A DNA stretch of 62,233 nt, the filler included, from Chiloscyllium plagiosum (taxonomy: Eukaryota), in NCBI RefSeq assembly GCF_004010195.1. It is 5 parts of one record of this genome, joined end to end, with 100 filler letters (N's around TTAATTAATTAA, not from the genome) between each part and the next. Parts side by side here need not be neighbours in the genome. Positions count along the whole stretch, not along the records: positions 1 to 21,277 come from NC_057711.1; 4 more parts are not named here. One strand, 5' to 3'. The translations under genes and the position numbers were made by a program. The notes below the pieces were generated by a model that did no database searches, had not been told where the DNA came from, and saw only the letters and a list, made by a program, of their open reading frames with translations. Positions 1 through 12,070 of the stretch are shown in pieces. The first letter of the stretch is position 1; each line of letters starts with the position of its first letter.

Positions 1-92
1 CCTGTTCCTTGGATGCTGCCTGACCTGCTGCGCTTTTCCAGCAACACATTTTCAGCTCTGATCTCCAGCATCTGCAGTCCTCACTTTCCCCT
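1..92 (+). mobile_element. Penelope-like element 3' fragment, truncated by the window edge
   Basis: Near-identical to 52028-52074 and to the reverse complement of 50982-51065 and 53363-53455. Confidence 0.7.
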
Positions 93-327
93 CACATAGA
101 GTCACAGAGTCAGAGAGATGTGCAGCATCTCCATGACATGTAGAAATGTAAATTCTTCTGGAATGTTGCTATTAAGTGGACTGATAGTCTTTATATCAGA
201 ATTATATCAAAATTGTCTTAAAACAGTCGCAGAACTTCAATTCTCACTTTGCATGTTGGGAGATCTGTACTCTCTTGAAAGGTAGCACAGCCACACTGAC
301 TGGGGAAGTAGGGTCATATCAATTGCA

Positions 328-463
328 GTTGAGTGTGTTGCTTGAAAAGCACAGCAGGTCAGGCAGCATCCAAGGAGCAGGAAAACCAATGTTTTGGGCC
401 GGAGCCCTTCATCCAGCAACACACTCTCAACTCTGACCTCCAGAATCTGCAGATCTCACTGCC
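328..463. mobile_element. Short Penelope-like insertion with internal inversion and 14-bp TSD
   Basis: tcatatcaattgca at 314-327 and 464-477. The first part is antisense (degenerate hammerhead at about 388-413) and the second part is the sense 3' end. Confidence 0.75.
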
Positions 464-1435
464 TCATATCAATTGCAAGCAGGCCTATGTTTGATGGAGG
501 GGTGAGGGCTGGTTAATCCGCCTAATCCACCCTCCTCCATGACTGTGAGTACAAATTCTCCAGCAATCAAGACCAGGACCAGGGTGATCTTCTGCCAGCT
601 CTTGAAGTGCTGCCTGAAGCACCTGACCTCTGACCTCAGCCTGCTATTGCTAGGCCCTATAACTGTGTCACTTTGTCATGTCAACAACACAAAATCAAAA
701 AAAAAGTTTGTATTTAATTTCTGCCATTATTAAAATGGTCTTATTCACTTCTTCCTGTGGGTCACGTTACAGTTAATGATCACCATGCCTGACCACAATC
801 TAGTCTCATGGGCTGCAGGTGGAGATTAGTTGGTCATTGGATGTTCGTTGTGAGATTGCCTCCAGCCAGTAGACAAACCTACTCCCACAACCTTTGAGTT
901 TCTCTTATATAACTCTGTTTCTCCCTCCACAAATGTTCCTGATGTGCTGAGCATTTCCAGCATTTTCTGCTTTTATTTTAGATTAAAATCTGCAATACTT
1001 TACTTTTAAAGTAACAATGTGCTTGTATCGTGAAAGTCTCAAGTATACATGCTCTTAGACCTTAAGCATCATAAAGTGATCATTCAGCAGTATGTTTAAG
1101 TGTCTGGTGATGTTTACAAGGCATTTAATTATAACATCACCAAATGTCACACAACAGGCTGCATAGTCTCAAGCAAACTAAGCTAAAGAAAACTAAAAGA
1201 TATTGTCAAGTCTGTTTTCTCCCAAGCAGACAGAGGGAAGAGACCAGTCTACTCTGATCATTCAATGCACTGATAATAATGTGACTGTAATTGTATCATG
1301 GCCAAGTGACTTTGGTGAAGATAAAACAAACGTGATGTTTCTTATTGTTTTTTTTAAACTATATTCATGATGTGTAAACCATCCCACTAATAATCATAAG
1401 ACTAGTTATGTTGAATTTTGATAGATGTTTTTTGT

Positions 1436-1757
1436 ACTCATTCACAGGGTTGAAGACCTCACTGGTTAGGCCAGTATTTATTGCCCATCCCAGAGAGCAG
1501 TTAAGAGTCAACCACTTTCCTGTGAGTCTGGAGTCACATGTCACTCAGACTCAGTAAGAATGGCAGTTGCCTTCCCTAAAGGACGTTAGTTAACCAGATA
1601 CTAACAACAAACTCATGACTATCAATCAGACTCTTAATTCCAGATTTTTATCAAATTTCACCATCTGCCATGGTGCAAGTTGAAGCCAAATTCCCAGAGC
1701 ATTACCTGGATCTTTGGGTTAAGAATCCACTGATAATACCACTAGGTTGTTGCCTCC
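1436..1757 (-). mobile_element. tRNA-head short element (SINE-like); head/body matches 38935-39205 and tail matches the LINE 3' end near 35936
   Basis: Shares gtcaaccac...tctggagtcacatgt and ggccag(c/t)atttatt with those segments. Similar copies at about 4388-5530, 14250-14400 and 30620-30800. Confidence 0.7.
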
Positions 1758-2650
1758 TTTTACAGTATTCCGTCCTTTCATGGAGATTTCATGATTCTGT
1801 TTCCAATATTGCTGATATGCTTTTCTAAACTGAATGAGATGATAGTAGGCATCACTTAACTAAGTTGGCAAATGACTAGACTATGGTGTAGAATAAATTC
1901 AATATTATGATTTCAAACCCTATACCAGCTCTGGTAGTCTGTGGAGTCCTGCCTCCTCAACTTACCCCATGCTTGCTGAGTGGTTACCCTCAAGTTGTAC
2001 AATACTAATGTCTTTCTCTGATGGAAAAGTAAGCCTATAGTCCTTTGTGGACTATGATTCTATACCATAGATTAAATATAATTTTACTAACCAAAGAGGC
2101 AGAGATGGTATGTAACACTGGCATCCCTGTTAAGTGAGTAATTTTTATTCATCTATGAGGGAATTGCTGCCAATACCTTCTGTTGCATAACTGCTCACAT
2201 GACTTTGGAGTATTGCTCAAAATGTAAATTGATTCACAGCTTAAAATGTTCACCTGTCAGGCAATGATTTCTGAATATCCAAATGATAGGTTAAATATAT
2301 AACAATGGTAATAGGATGTAAGACCAAAAGGAATTTCCTGAGAGATATGTTTGAATAGCCATATAGTCACTACTCATCAGTGGAGTCCATTAGTTTTTTT
2401 CCTTCTAAATGACAAAGTCTGGGCAATCTGGCATCATGAGTTCAGAGACTGCCTGCTCCCCTAGCTTGTCTGGCTTATGTGCATTTTGACACTACTCCCG
2501 CAATTTGTTATCATTTGAAAATGCGAGAATCTAGTTCAGGAAAGATAAGCAAATCATCTAGTGTTTTGTCTGAATAGTCCTTTTGGTTGTGATATTTACT
2601 GTGAGGCAATATGTGTCCTGCAGTCCAAAGTTGATTGGCTAGTGAGCATT

Positions 2651-2835
2651 ACATAGAACATAGAACAATATAGCACAGGGACACGTCCTTTGACCCACCA
2701 CATCTGTGCCAACCATGATGCCACCCTAAACTAATCCCATCTGCCTGCACATAGTCCATATCCCTCTATTCTCTGCCCGTTCATGTGTCTGTCTAAATGC
2801 CTCTTAAATGCTGCTGTTGTATCTGCTATCACCAG
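2651..2835 (-). mobile_element. CR1 LINE 3' fragment
   Basis: (catagaa)n tail; minus-strand peptide AFKRHLDRHMNGQRIEGYG typical of the CR1 ORF2 C-terminus. Confidence 0.8.
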
Positions 2836-3489
2836 AGTCTGCCATAGTCTACAGTTGTCTTTTCTGAGAATTCCAAAATGCTCTCTGTGTCCTAGAAAAT
2901 CATTTATGCAACAAAATGTCATCAATTACACCAGCTTAAGCTGTTGGGTTCAGAATTTGAGCAGCGGCTGCACCATTACGATACTTCGGTGAAGTTGAGA
3001 TCTGCAAAAATAGCTTGATTAGAGTTTACCCCTCTGAGCCCAGTGTTTATGAATCACCATGCCCTTTTTGGTCATACACTCTCCTCATGTAGAGATCAGA
3101 GTAATAATGATTTGTGAAAAAAAACCCTTGTGGTGCTCTATATGATCCCCACCTTCACTTTTGAATTTCCTTCTTTCGTTACAGCCATTCCATCAGTAAT
3201 CCAGCCCAACTCCATATCAGGCTTGAGCTCCCCATTTTCATCAGGACTTCATGGACTGCCCCTTGACCATTAATACCTAAGTCCCCAGGACTGACCATGG
3301 CTGAACCCGAGATTGCCTTGGCAGGGTGGCCCAACTGAAACAGCTCAGACTTAGATGGGGCTCTTCAGCACCCTACCAAGCTACCTGTAACTTCTGCAAT
3401 AGTTACTGTTTACCTGCAGGGACTGCGTGCAGCAAAATCTTGAGCTTCAAAGACACAGATCTCCAGACTTTAATCAAATTAAAATTAAA

Positions 3490-3900
3490 ATTAGAATTGG
3501 AATTAGAACTGGACTTTATTGTCACAAGTACTTAAGTATAGGAATACATGAGTCCAGTGAAAAGTGTACAAAGTCGCCATTCTCCGGTGTCATCTTGGTT
3601 ACAAAACCAGAACATAGCAGGAATAGAAGAAAACTAAAAGATAAGAAAATCATCCCTATATTAATATCTAAGTCCTATCTCCATAAAGGTGTTCAGGACC
3701 ACTGATGTAGGCACCCAAGCTTAGCCACAGCCTGACATCTCGGTCAGCGTTTGAGTAGGGAGGAGCCGTGTCCTTGATGTGGCTGATGCTGGTCCTCCCA
3801 ATTATTGGAGGAGCTTTGCCACCGCTGATGCCATGGCCAGCCTCAAATGCTGGGAAAACGTCCTCGCCCATAAAGTGACCTGACAGAAGCAGAAGTGTCA
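3490..3900 (-). mobile_element. Repeat with Rex1-type 3' tail (gtgacaataaa plus short-repeat tail); 5' boundary uncertain
   Basis: ctttattgtcac...cagtgaaaag...gtcgcca...catctt is shared with 18870-18970. Confidence 0.45.
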
Positions 3901-4410
3901 CTGAACCCCAAAGCAAAGTCCTGCGTATGAAATTGGTGTGTAAGTTGATCTGAAAGTAACCGTGGTGATGAGAATATTTTGGTGGTGACAAATTGCGTGG
4001 ATGAAAGATGGAGAAGAACAATGTGCATGGAACATGCAGGGACACTGTTGTGCAGATAGAATTGGATGGAGGTACAGAGAAGCAATCAGCAAGCTGCTTC
4101 TGCCAGCTAACCCATGCTGACTTTCATGTCAAGAAATAGCAACATAGTTTCTTGGGGAATGAGTGGAGCATTGGTAGCCACATAAAAATGAGGTAAATTG
4201 GGTTAATAATGAGGTGAAAATGTATAGAGATAGATGGTTGCTGCTCATTAGTATGAGTCTAACCTTGCTTTTAAACTTTAGAGAGAAAATCATCACGCTC
4301 TTTTTGATGTCTAAATTCTGATACTTCCATTTTCACCATTTTCCGAGAGAAGCTTCTTTATTTGCATGAGGAAACAATGATCTAAAAGTAGCATCACCAT
4401 ACTATTAATC

Positions 4411-4577
4411 TGGTGAGGTAAAAACAATGACTGCAGATGCTGGAAACCAGATTCTGGATTAGTGGTGCTGGAAGAGCACAACAGTTCAGGCAGCATCCGA
4501 GGAGCAGCGAAATCGATGTTTCAGGCAAAAGCCCTTCATCAGGAATAAAGGCAGTGAGCCTGAAGCGTGGAGAGATA
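4411..4577 (-). mobile_element. Penelope-like 3' fragment with 10-bp TSD, inserted in a SINE-like element
   Basis: actattaatc at 4401-4410 and 4578-4587. Reverse complement matches 53855-54052. Decayed hammerhead at 4515-4542. Confidence 0.75.
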
Positions 4578-4683
4578 ACTATTAATCCAGCAACTCAGCT
4601 GATGTTCTGGGGACTTGGTTCAAATCCCACCATAGTAGATGGTTCAATGAAGAATTGAGAATTAAAGATTTAATAATGACCAT

Positions 4684-5322
4684 TGTTATGGACTAGGCCA
4701 AACCATTCAAAATATTCTTAAACAGGCAGCCCAGACCATAACTTTGCAATTTGTTTTGGGAAGTGTATGGTGAAAATTACCTGGAGTGAGGTAGCTAGGT
4801 TGATTACCAGGTCTTAAAACAGACAAAAAATTATTCACAAGATTACACAATGGAACACAAAAAAAACAGAATAAAGAACCCCTACAGAACTCAGTCTATC
4901 CAAACTCGATTTAATTATACTGTTCCCAATATACACAATGGTCCCGATAAGCAAACCCTCTTGAAACACAGTTAACAAATGGAACAGATGCTTACAGGTT
5001 GATGTTAGAAGGGAAGAAAAAGAGAGAGAGTTTCCACACAGTACACTGTTGAACTCCCAATTAGTTCTGGACTGAACTAAACTGCTCAGCGAGAGAGCTG
5101 ACCACTTCCCTTTCATTAAACAAGTTACTGATACAACATGACCACTTTGGCCTGATGTATCTTCTGTTTACATATAAACAAAATCAGCCTCTCAATATCC
5201 TTAATCTCTGTACCAAACCAATCTAATCGGCATCAAGAGCGGTTTCTTACCCCTTTGAAAAAAACCAAGGACATTGTATCCTTGAGAAAAGGAGCAGCTT
5301 TAAAAAAAACAGCTTTGTGACA
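4684..5322. mobile_element. Solo LTR (639 bp) with 4-bp TSD
   Basis: TGTTAT...GTGACA termini flanked by ccat (4680-4683 and 5323-5326). Removing it restores the host repeat (...aatgaccatgaaac...). Confidence 0.8.
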
Positions 5323-6669
5323 CCATGAAACTATTTTTGATTGAGGTGAAAAATGCATCCGGTTCACTTATGCCATTTACAGAAGGAAATCTGTCATTCT
5401 TCTCTGGTGTGTTTTACATGTGACTCTGGACCTACAGCAATGTGGTTGACTTTTAACTGCTTTTTTGGAAATGAGGGATGGGCAATTAATACTGGCCTAG
5501 CCTGGATGCCCACATCCTGTAAGTGAATTTTTAAAAAAAAGTTCTCAAAATTCTTGCTTTCAGTTATGCCACTCAAGAGAATGGAAAATTCTACCCTTAA
5601 AGTATGAATCAGGGCTGTGGTGCAGGAATGGATTGCCAAGAAAAAGTATTATGTTATAGGTATAACAGAGTCCTGGCTCAAAGAAGGTCAGGATTGAGTG
5701 TTAAATATTCTTGGATGCAAGACATTCAGAAAAATTCAGAAAGGAAGAACACAGATACTTGGGAATACCACCACCTACAAGTTTCCTTCTAAACCTAACT
5801 TGGAAATATATCGTTGTTCATTAAGTATCATTGGGTCAAAATCCTGGAACTCCATCCGTCCCAGCATTGTGGGTGTACCTACACCAAGTGGACTGCAGCA
5901 GTTTAAAAAGGCAGCTCATAATCACCACCTTCTCAGGGGCAGAATAGTCCAACATATCGAGGAGTAGGAAATTACTAACAGCAACTGCTGAAGTTCATCA
6001 TTCAAGAGTGCATGCGTGAATTCCAGAAAGTTGTTTTCAGTTCCATGGAATAATTACTGTGTACATTGACAGTTATGCCTTTGTTACAATTGCCAAATCT
6101 GACCTTAATGTTTAGTTAGAGACACTGTATGTGAAACCTGACGACCTTGTCTTCCATTGAGAGTATTAATATGACACAAAAGTCAAAAGTAAATACAGTC
6201 TATAAATAGAATGATTTCAGACATTTCTGCCAGAGGTTCAGCAAGTCTACAGAAACATGAAAATGGAAATTTAAATGAGCGAATTCATCGCTTCCTGATA
6301 ATAAGTATCTAAGGCAACTCTGAGAGTATTTGAAAAGGTAGACATTGCTTTTCACTTTCATGGCTGTTGCTGGTGTCAGTTTTTGTGAAGTGTTGCATTC
6401 ATTTTCATATCGTCACTTGTCAATCAAGAAAGAGATGTTTATATTTAGTTGTCATGATTATTCAAGAAAGGGGATGGTGTTCCAATGTTCAGTCATCTAA
6501 GGACAATGATATTTCTGTACATGAACCCACTTTCTTACTAAAATCTTGGATCCAGGTTTGCAAGATTTTCAGCTCTTTAGAGATTATATATCCAACTATG
6601 TCTGTAATACTAAGAGTAACCCAGGTAATAAAAATAACATTCCAAGTCTCTCAATCTCTCCTCATATGT

Positions 6670-7619
6670 CAGTCCTGCCATTCCAGAAATATATTTGGAA
6701 ACCTTTACTGCACTCCCTCTATAGCAAGAGCATGTTTCCTCAGATAGGGAGACCAAAATCGCACACAATATTCCAGCTATGGCCTTACTAACGCCCTGTT
6801 TAATTGCAGCAAGACAATCTTGTTCTTGTACTCGAATCCTCTCACTATGAAGGCCAACATACAGGCTCCTTCTTTATTACTTGTTGCACCTGCAGGCTTA
6901 CTTTCAGCAACCAATGCACCCAGGTCTCATTGAACATTTCCCTCTCTCATTTTACTGCCATTCAAATACTAATCTATCTTTCAATTTTTGCTACTAAAAT
7001 GTATAACTTCACATTTATTCAATTCATACTGTATTTGCCATGCATTTGCCCACTCACTCAGACTGTCTAAATCATACAACATTTCTGCATCCTCCTCACA
7101 GCTCAGCCTTCCACCCAGCTCTGTGTCACCTGCAATTTTTGAGATATTACATTTAGTTGCCACATCTAAATCAGTAAGATACAATGTGAATAGCTGGGGT
7201 CTCAGTGCTATTCCCTGTGGTACCCCACAAGTCACTGCCTGCTATTCAGGAAAAAACCTATTTACCTTTGTCTCCTGTCTGCTAACCAATTTTCTATCCA
7301 TCTCAATATAGTAATCTGATATCCTTTAATTTTACACATTAATCTCTTATGTGGGACTTTTTTGGAAGCCTTCTGAAATTCCAAATAAACCGCATCCACT
7401 GGCTCCCCGATCAACACTATTCAATACATTCTCAAAGAATTTCAATACATTTGTTTGGCATGAGTTCCCTTTTGTAAATTCATGCTGATAGTTTCTGATT
7501 CTACCACTGTTTTCTATGTATTCTGCTATAAAATCCTTGATAATGGATGCTGGCATCTTCCCCACCATTGACGTCAGACTCACTGGTCTGTAATTCCCTG
7601 TTTTCTCTCTACCTCCCTT
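6670..7619 (-). mobile_element. Decayed CR1 LINE reverse-transcriptase region
   Basis: Minus-strand peptides SLTSMVGKM, GNSCQTNVLKFFE, GVPQG..L.PQLFTLY, SKIAGDTELGG, WANAWQ, NKCEVIHF; frameshifted. Confidence 0.88.
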
Positions 7620-7663
7620 CAGGGTTCTGAAGAAAGGTCACCGGACCTGAAATGTTCACTCTG
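7620..7663 (+). ncRNA. Minimal hammerhead ribozyme motif (partly decayed) in a Penelope-like 3' fragment
   Basis: cagggtt-CTGAAGA-a-aggtc(accg)gacct-GAAA-tg-TT-cactctg; stems I and II can pair. Confidence 0.55.
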
Positions 7664-9239
7664 TTTTCTCTCCACAGACTCACTGAGTTTTTCCAGCAAT
7701 TGTTGATTTTGTTCATTCAACATGCTGATTTGTACCTTCAGTGTTGCTGGGTCAAAGTCCCTCTTTCATTAGACTTTGACTGTTCTTGCACCCTTAGGAC
7801 TGCATGCAAGGAGGCAATTCACCATCATCTTCTCAAGGGCAACTAGGTTGGACAATAAATGCTGGCCCAGCCAACGACACCCACACTCCATGAGTCAAAA
7901 AAAATGGAATAGTATAATGAGTTTGAAGAAGACTGTAGCCAAAGGGGTCTTCTCATAGAATAGTGTCTGTCGGTCAAGTGTTACTTTTCTGTACATCTCT
8001 GACATAACATGTACATTTCACCAGGCAGGCTGTTGCTGATCTTCACAACTTCTGGCACCAGACACGTTGTCTGCTGTGCTGTATAAATCATCCCCATCAT
8101 TAACTTTCTTTATATGAACATTATAGGTGATAACTCCAGACCTGCGGAACACAAGTGGGTCACCAAAGGCCAATAAATAGCTTAAACGAGAAGAGCTGGA
8201 CCTATGAATCGGTTTTGCTGCCTGGCGAGTACACACATTTCACTGCCATTGTAACCATGTGATGCTTTTCAATGAACTGAATGATTGAAGGACCTCTCCA
8301 GATAAAGGTTAGAAATGGCCATTCTAATATTTTTGTTTGCAAGGCCACACACAGCATCTTAAAACAGACGATTTTGAAATGTTTGAATTTCAACCATGTT
8401 GCCGATCCGCTCTGTGTTAGCAGCTTACAGGAAACATTGATTTTAACAGTGTTTCTTCATGGGTGTTGAGGGTAACTAGATCTGGCACTTTATCAATGTA
8501 GAGGGATTTATAAATGGCTTAGTGCGATGCATTCTTGAAAGGTGTGAGGACATCTTCTTACCCTTCCTAATCGGGTAATGTCATTAGCTTTTTGTAATAT
8601 TGAATCATCAAGTCAAGGAAGAAAGAATTGCTCATGGCATTAACATTTACTATCCTGGAGAAATGAACCTGCACTGATCTGTGCGGAGGCTTTTGTCGTG
8701 CTGTTCCAAACATTGGTCTCAGAGCATTTCTACTGTGGCTTTAGAGATCCTGGGTATTTTTACCTCCTTTAAAACTAACAGTCATCTTGTATTATTAATA
8801 ATTCTTCAGTTTCCACTCCAACATTTGTTTGCAGTGTGTATTCGGAAAGCATTTAAATCCTGCAGCAATAACCTTTTCCCTGACCCCAAATGGACAAGCT
8901 GCCTGTCGTGGAACCTCAATGTTCTAACTAAATTAATATCTCCGCCCAACAAACCCATAAGGCTCGGCAATAGTGCAATCAAGTAAGTGCAAGTCTAATC
9001 AGTTAGCATGCTGACATTCTGCTTTAAGGGAAGAAGCTTGCATTTTGATAGCACCTTTTGCAATATCTGAAACAATATTCCGACATGGTCAAATGAATGT
9101 ACAGTTGTGCAGTAGTCTGTAAGGTTCTCAGAAGGCCTTCTTTGGAAGAAATAATACATGCAAGCAGGTGCACAAAAAATGATATCACACTGATACAAAA
9201 TGCAAGAAACAAGTTTAAAGGAAACATTGATTATCATGT

Positions 9240-9400
9240 CCCAAAATGTGTTACAGCCAATGAAATGTAGTCACTGTTGTAAGATAGGAATTATGGACAA
9301 CAATTTCCACAAAGCCAGGTTCTACAAACTGCAATCACAATTAATGAAAAAATATTCATTTTGTGATGGTTAAGGGATATGTGTTGGTCAGTACACAAGG
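9240..9400 (-). mobile_element. Deu-domain SINE (AmnSINE1/SacSINE1-like), 3' portion; apparently continues at 11877-12070
   Basis: ttacagccaatgaa...tgtagtcactgttgtaa and gggata..tgttggtcag resemble the recalled DeuSINE consensus and the 59000-59320 copy. Confidence 0.55.
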
Positions 9401-9457
9401 TAGGATCACAAAATTGTTAAAGATGCAGAAGGAGTTCATTTGGCCCATCTGCGCTGA

Positions 9458-10062
9458 AAGAACAAAGAACAAAGGAGCAAGGAAAATTACAGCACGGGAA
9501 CAGGTCCTTCGGCCCTTCAAGCCTGTACTGATCGAGATCCTCGATCGAAACCTGTCACCTACTTTCTAAGGATCTGCATCCTTCTGCTGCCTGCCCTTTC
9601 ATATATCTGTCTAGATACATCTTAAGAGACGCTGTCGTGTCCATCTCTACCACCTCCATTGGCAACGCGTTCCAGGCCCCCACCACCCTCTGTGCAAAGA
9701 ACTTTCCACGCCTATCTCCCTTAAACATTTCCCCTCTCACCTTGAATCCGTGGCCCCGAGTAATTAAGTCTGCCTTTCTGGGAAAAAGCTTATTGCTATT
9801 CACCCTGTCTATGCTTTTCATGATTTTGTAGACCTCAATCAGGTCCCCACTCAACCTCTATCTTTCTAATAAAAATAATCCTAATCTACTCAACCTCTCT
9901 TCATAGCTAGCACCCTCCATGACAAGCAAGATCCTGCTGAACCACCTCTGCACCCTCTCCAACGCATCCATACCCTTTTGGTAATGTGGTGACATGAATT
10001 GTATGCAGTATTCCAAATGTAGCCAAACCAAAGTCCTATATAACTGTAACATGACCTGCCAA
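9458..10062 (-). mobile_element. CR1 LINE 3' fragment
   Basis: (aagaacaa)n tail; peptides LYRTLVWLHLEYCIQF..P, YEERLSRLGLF, GDLIEVYKIM, TRGHGFKV, FFAQRVVGAWNALP. Confidence 0.92.
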
Positions 10063-11875
10063 CTCAGGGTACAATGGACCTGAACACTCAGGATACTGAG
10101 CACTCAGGGTACAATGGACCTGAACATCCAGGGAACTGAACACTCAGGGTACAATGGACCTAAAACCTAGTGCACTGAGCACTCAAGGTACAATGGACCT
10201 GAACACCCAGGGAACTGAACACTTAGGATACAATGGACCTGAACACCCAGGTTACTGAACACTTAGGATACAATGGACCTGAACACCCAGGGTACTGAGC
10301 ACTCAGGGTATAATGGACCTGAACACCCAGGGTAGGGAGCACTCAGGGTACAATGGATCTGAACACCCAGGGTACTGAACACTCAGGGTACAAAGGACCT
10401 GAACACCCAGGGAACTGAACACTCAGGGTACAATGGACCTGAACACCCAGGGAACTGAACACTCAGGGTACAATAGACCTGAACACCCAGGGAACTGAAC
10501 ACTCAGGGTACAAAAGACCTGAACACCCAGGGTACTGAGCACTCAGGGTACAATAGACCTGAACACCCAGGGTACTGAGCACTTAGGGTACAATGGACCT
10601 GAACACCCAGGGAACTGAACACTCAGGGTACAATGGACCTGAACACCCAGGAAACTGAACACTCAGGGTACAATGGACCTGAACACTCAGGGTCCTGAGC
10701 ACTGAGGGTACAGGACCTGAACACCAAGGGTCCTGAGCACTGAGGGTAGAATGGACCTGAACACCCAGGGTAATGAGCACTCAGGGTACAATGGACCTGA
10801 ACACCCAGGGTACTGAGCACTCAGGGTACAATGGACCTGAACACCCAGGGAACTGAACACTCAGGGTACAATGGACCTGAACACCCAGAGTACTGAACAC
10901 TCAGGGGACAATGGACCTGAACACTCAGGGTCCTGAGCACTGAGGGTACAATGGACCTGAACACCCAGGGTACGGAGCACTCAGGGTACAATGGACCTGA
11001 ACACCCAGGGTATGGAGCACTCAGGGTACAATGGACCTGAACACTCAGGGAACTGAACACTCAGGGTACAGGACCTGAACACCAAGGGTCCTGAGCACTG
11101 AGGGTAGAATGGACCTGAACACCCAGGGTACTGAGCACTCAGGGTACAACGGACCTGAACACCCAGGGAACTGAGCACTCAGGATACAATGGACCTGAAC
11201 ACCCAGGGTACTGAGCACTCAGGGTACAATGGACCTGAACACCCAGGGTACGGAGCACTCAGGGTACAATGGACCTGAACACTCAGGTCCTGAGCACTTA
11301 GGGTACAATGAACCTGAACACCCAGGGTACTGAGCACTTAGGGTACAATTAGATTAGACTAGATTACATTACAGTGTGGAAACAGGCCCTTCGGCCCAAC
11401 AAGTCCACACCGACCCGCCAAAGCGCAACCCACCCATACATTTACCCCTTACCTAACACTACGGGCAATTTAGCATGGCCAATTCACCTGACCTGCACAT
11501 CTTTGGACTGTGGGAGGAAACCGGAGCACCCGGAGGAAACCCACGCAGACATGGGGAGAACGTGCAAACTCCACACAGTTAGTCGCCTGAGGCGGGAATT
11601 GAACCCGGGTCTCTGGCTCTGTGAGGCAGCAGTGCTAACCACTGTGCAACCGTGCCGCCCACAATGGACTAAACACCCCAGGGTACTGAGCATTGAGGGT
11701 AGAATGGACCTGAACACCCAGGGTACTGAGCACTCAGGGTACAATGGACCTGAACACCCAGGATACTGAACACTCAGGGTACAATGGACCTGAACACCCA
11801 GGGTACTGAGCACTCAGGGTACAATGGACCTGAACACCCAGGATACTGAACACTCAGGGTACAATGGGCCTGAAC
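10063..11875. repeat. 40-bp minisatellite (cactcagggtacaatggacctgaacacccagggtactgag), about 37 units, interrupted by a SINE
   Basis: Direct tandem copies: about 32 in 10063-11349 and about 5 in 11661-11875. No unique spacers. Confidence 0.97.
11350..11660 (-). mobile_element. HE1-type tRNA-derived SINE with 5-bp TSD (acaat)
   Basis: Minus strand reads gggcggcacggt..cacagtggttagc (A box) and gggttcaattccc (B box) with a (taatc)n tail. acaat at 11345-11349 and 11661-11665. Near-identical to 41043-41363. Confidence 0.9.
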
Positions 11876-11876
11876 G

Positions 11877-12070
11877 AAGGCTTCTATTCTTTTTCTAGTT
11901 CGAACTTTGGAATTTTTTATGCTTATAAGAGAGTACAGACAGAGCATAAAATTAACATTTTCGCCTGAAAGAGAAACCTGTGGCAGGGTAGCTCTGCCTC
12001 AGTGCTATCCTGAAGTGTTCAGTGTGGGTTAGATGCTCCGATCTATGGAGTGGGGTACAAATCTACAATT
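11877..12070 (-). mobile_element. Deu-domain SINE, 5' portion (decayed)
   Basis: ttaacatt..cctgaaaga...cctcagtgcta...tggagtgggg resembles the Deu domain/head in reverse orientation. Confidence 0.5.

Noticed and set aside
8018..8236. 72-aa minus-strand ORF in non-repetitive sequence
   Set aside because: No recognisable domain or convincing splice structure; cannot be supported without a search.
10063..11875. CRISPR-like array
   Set aside because: Units are contiguous near-identical repeats with no unique spacers, there are no cas genes, and the context is vertebrate.
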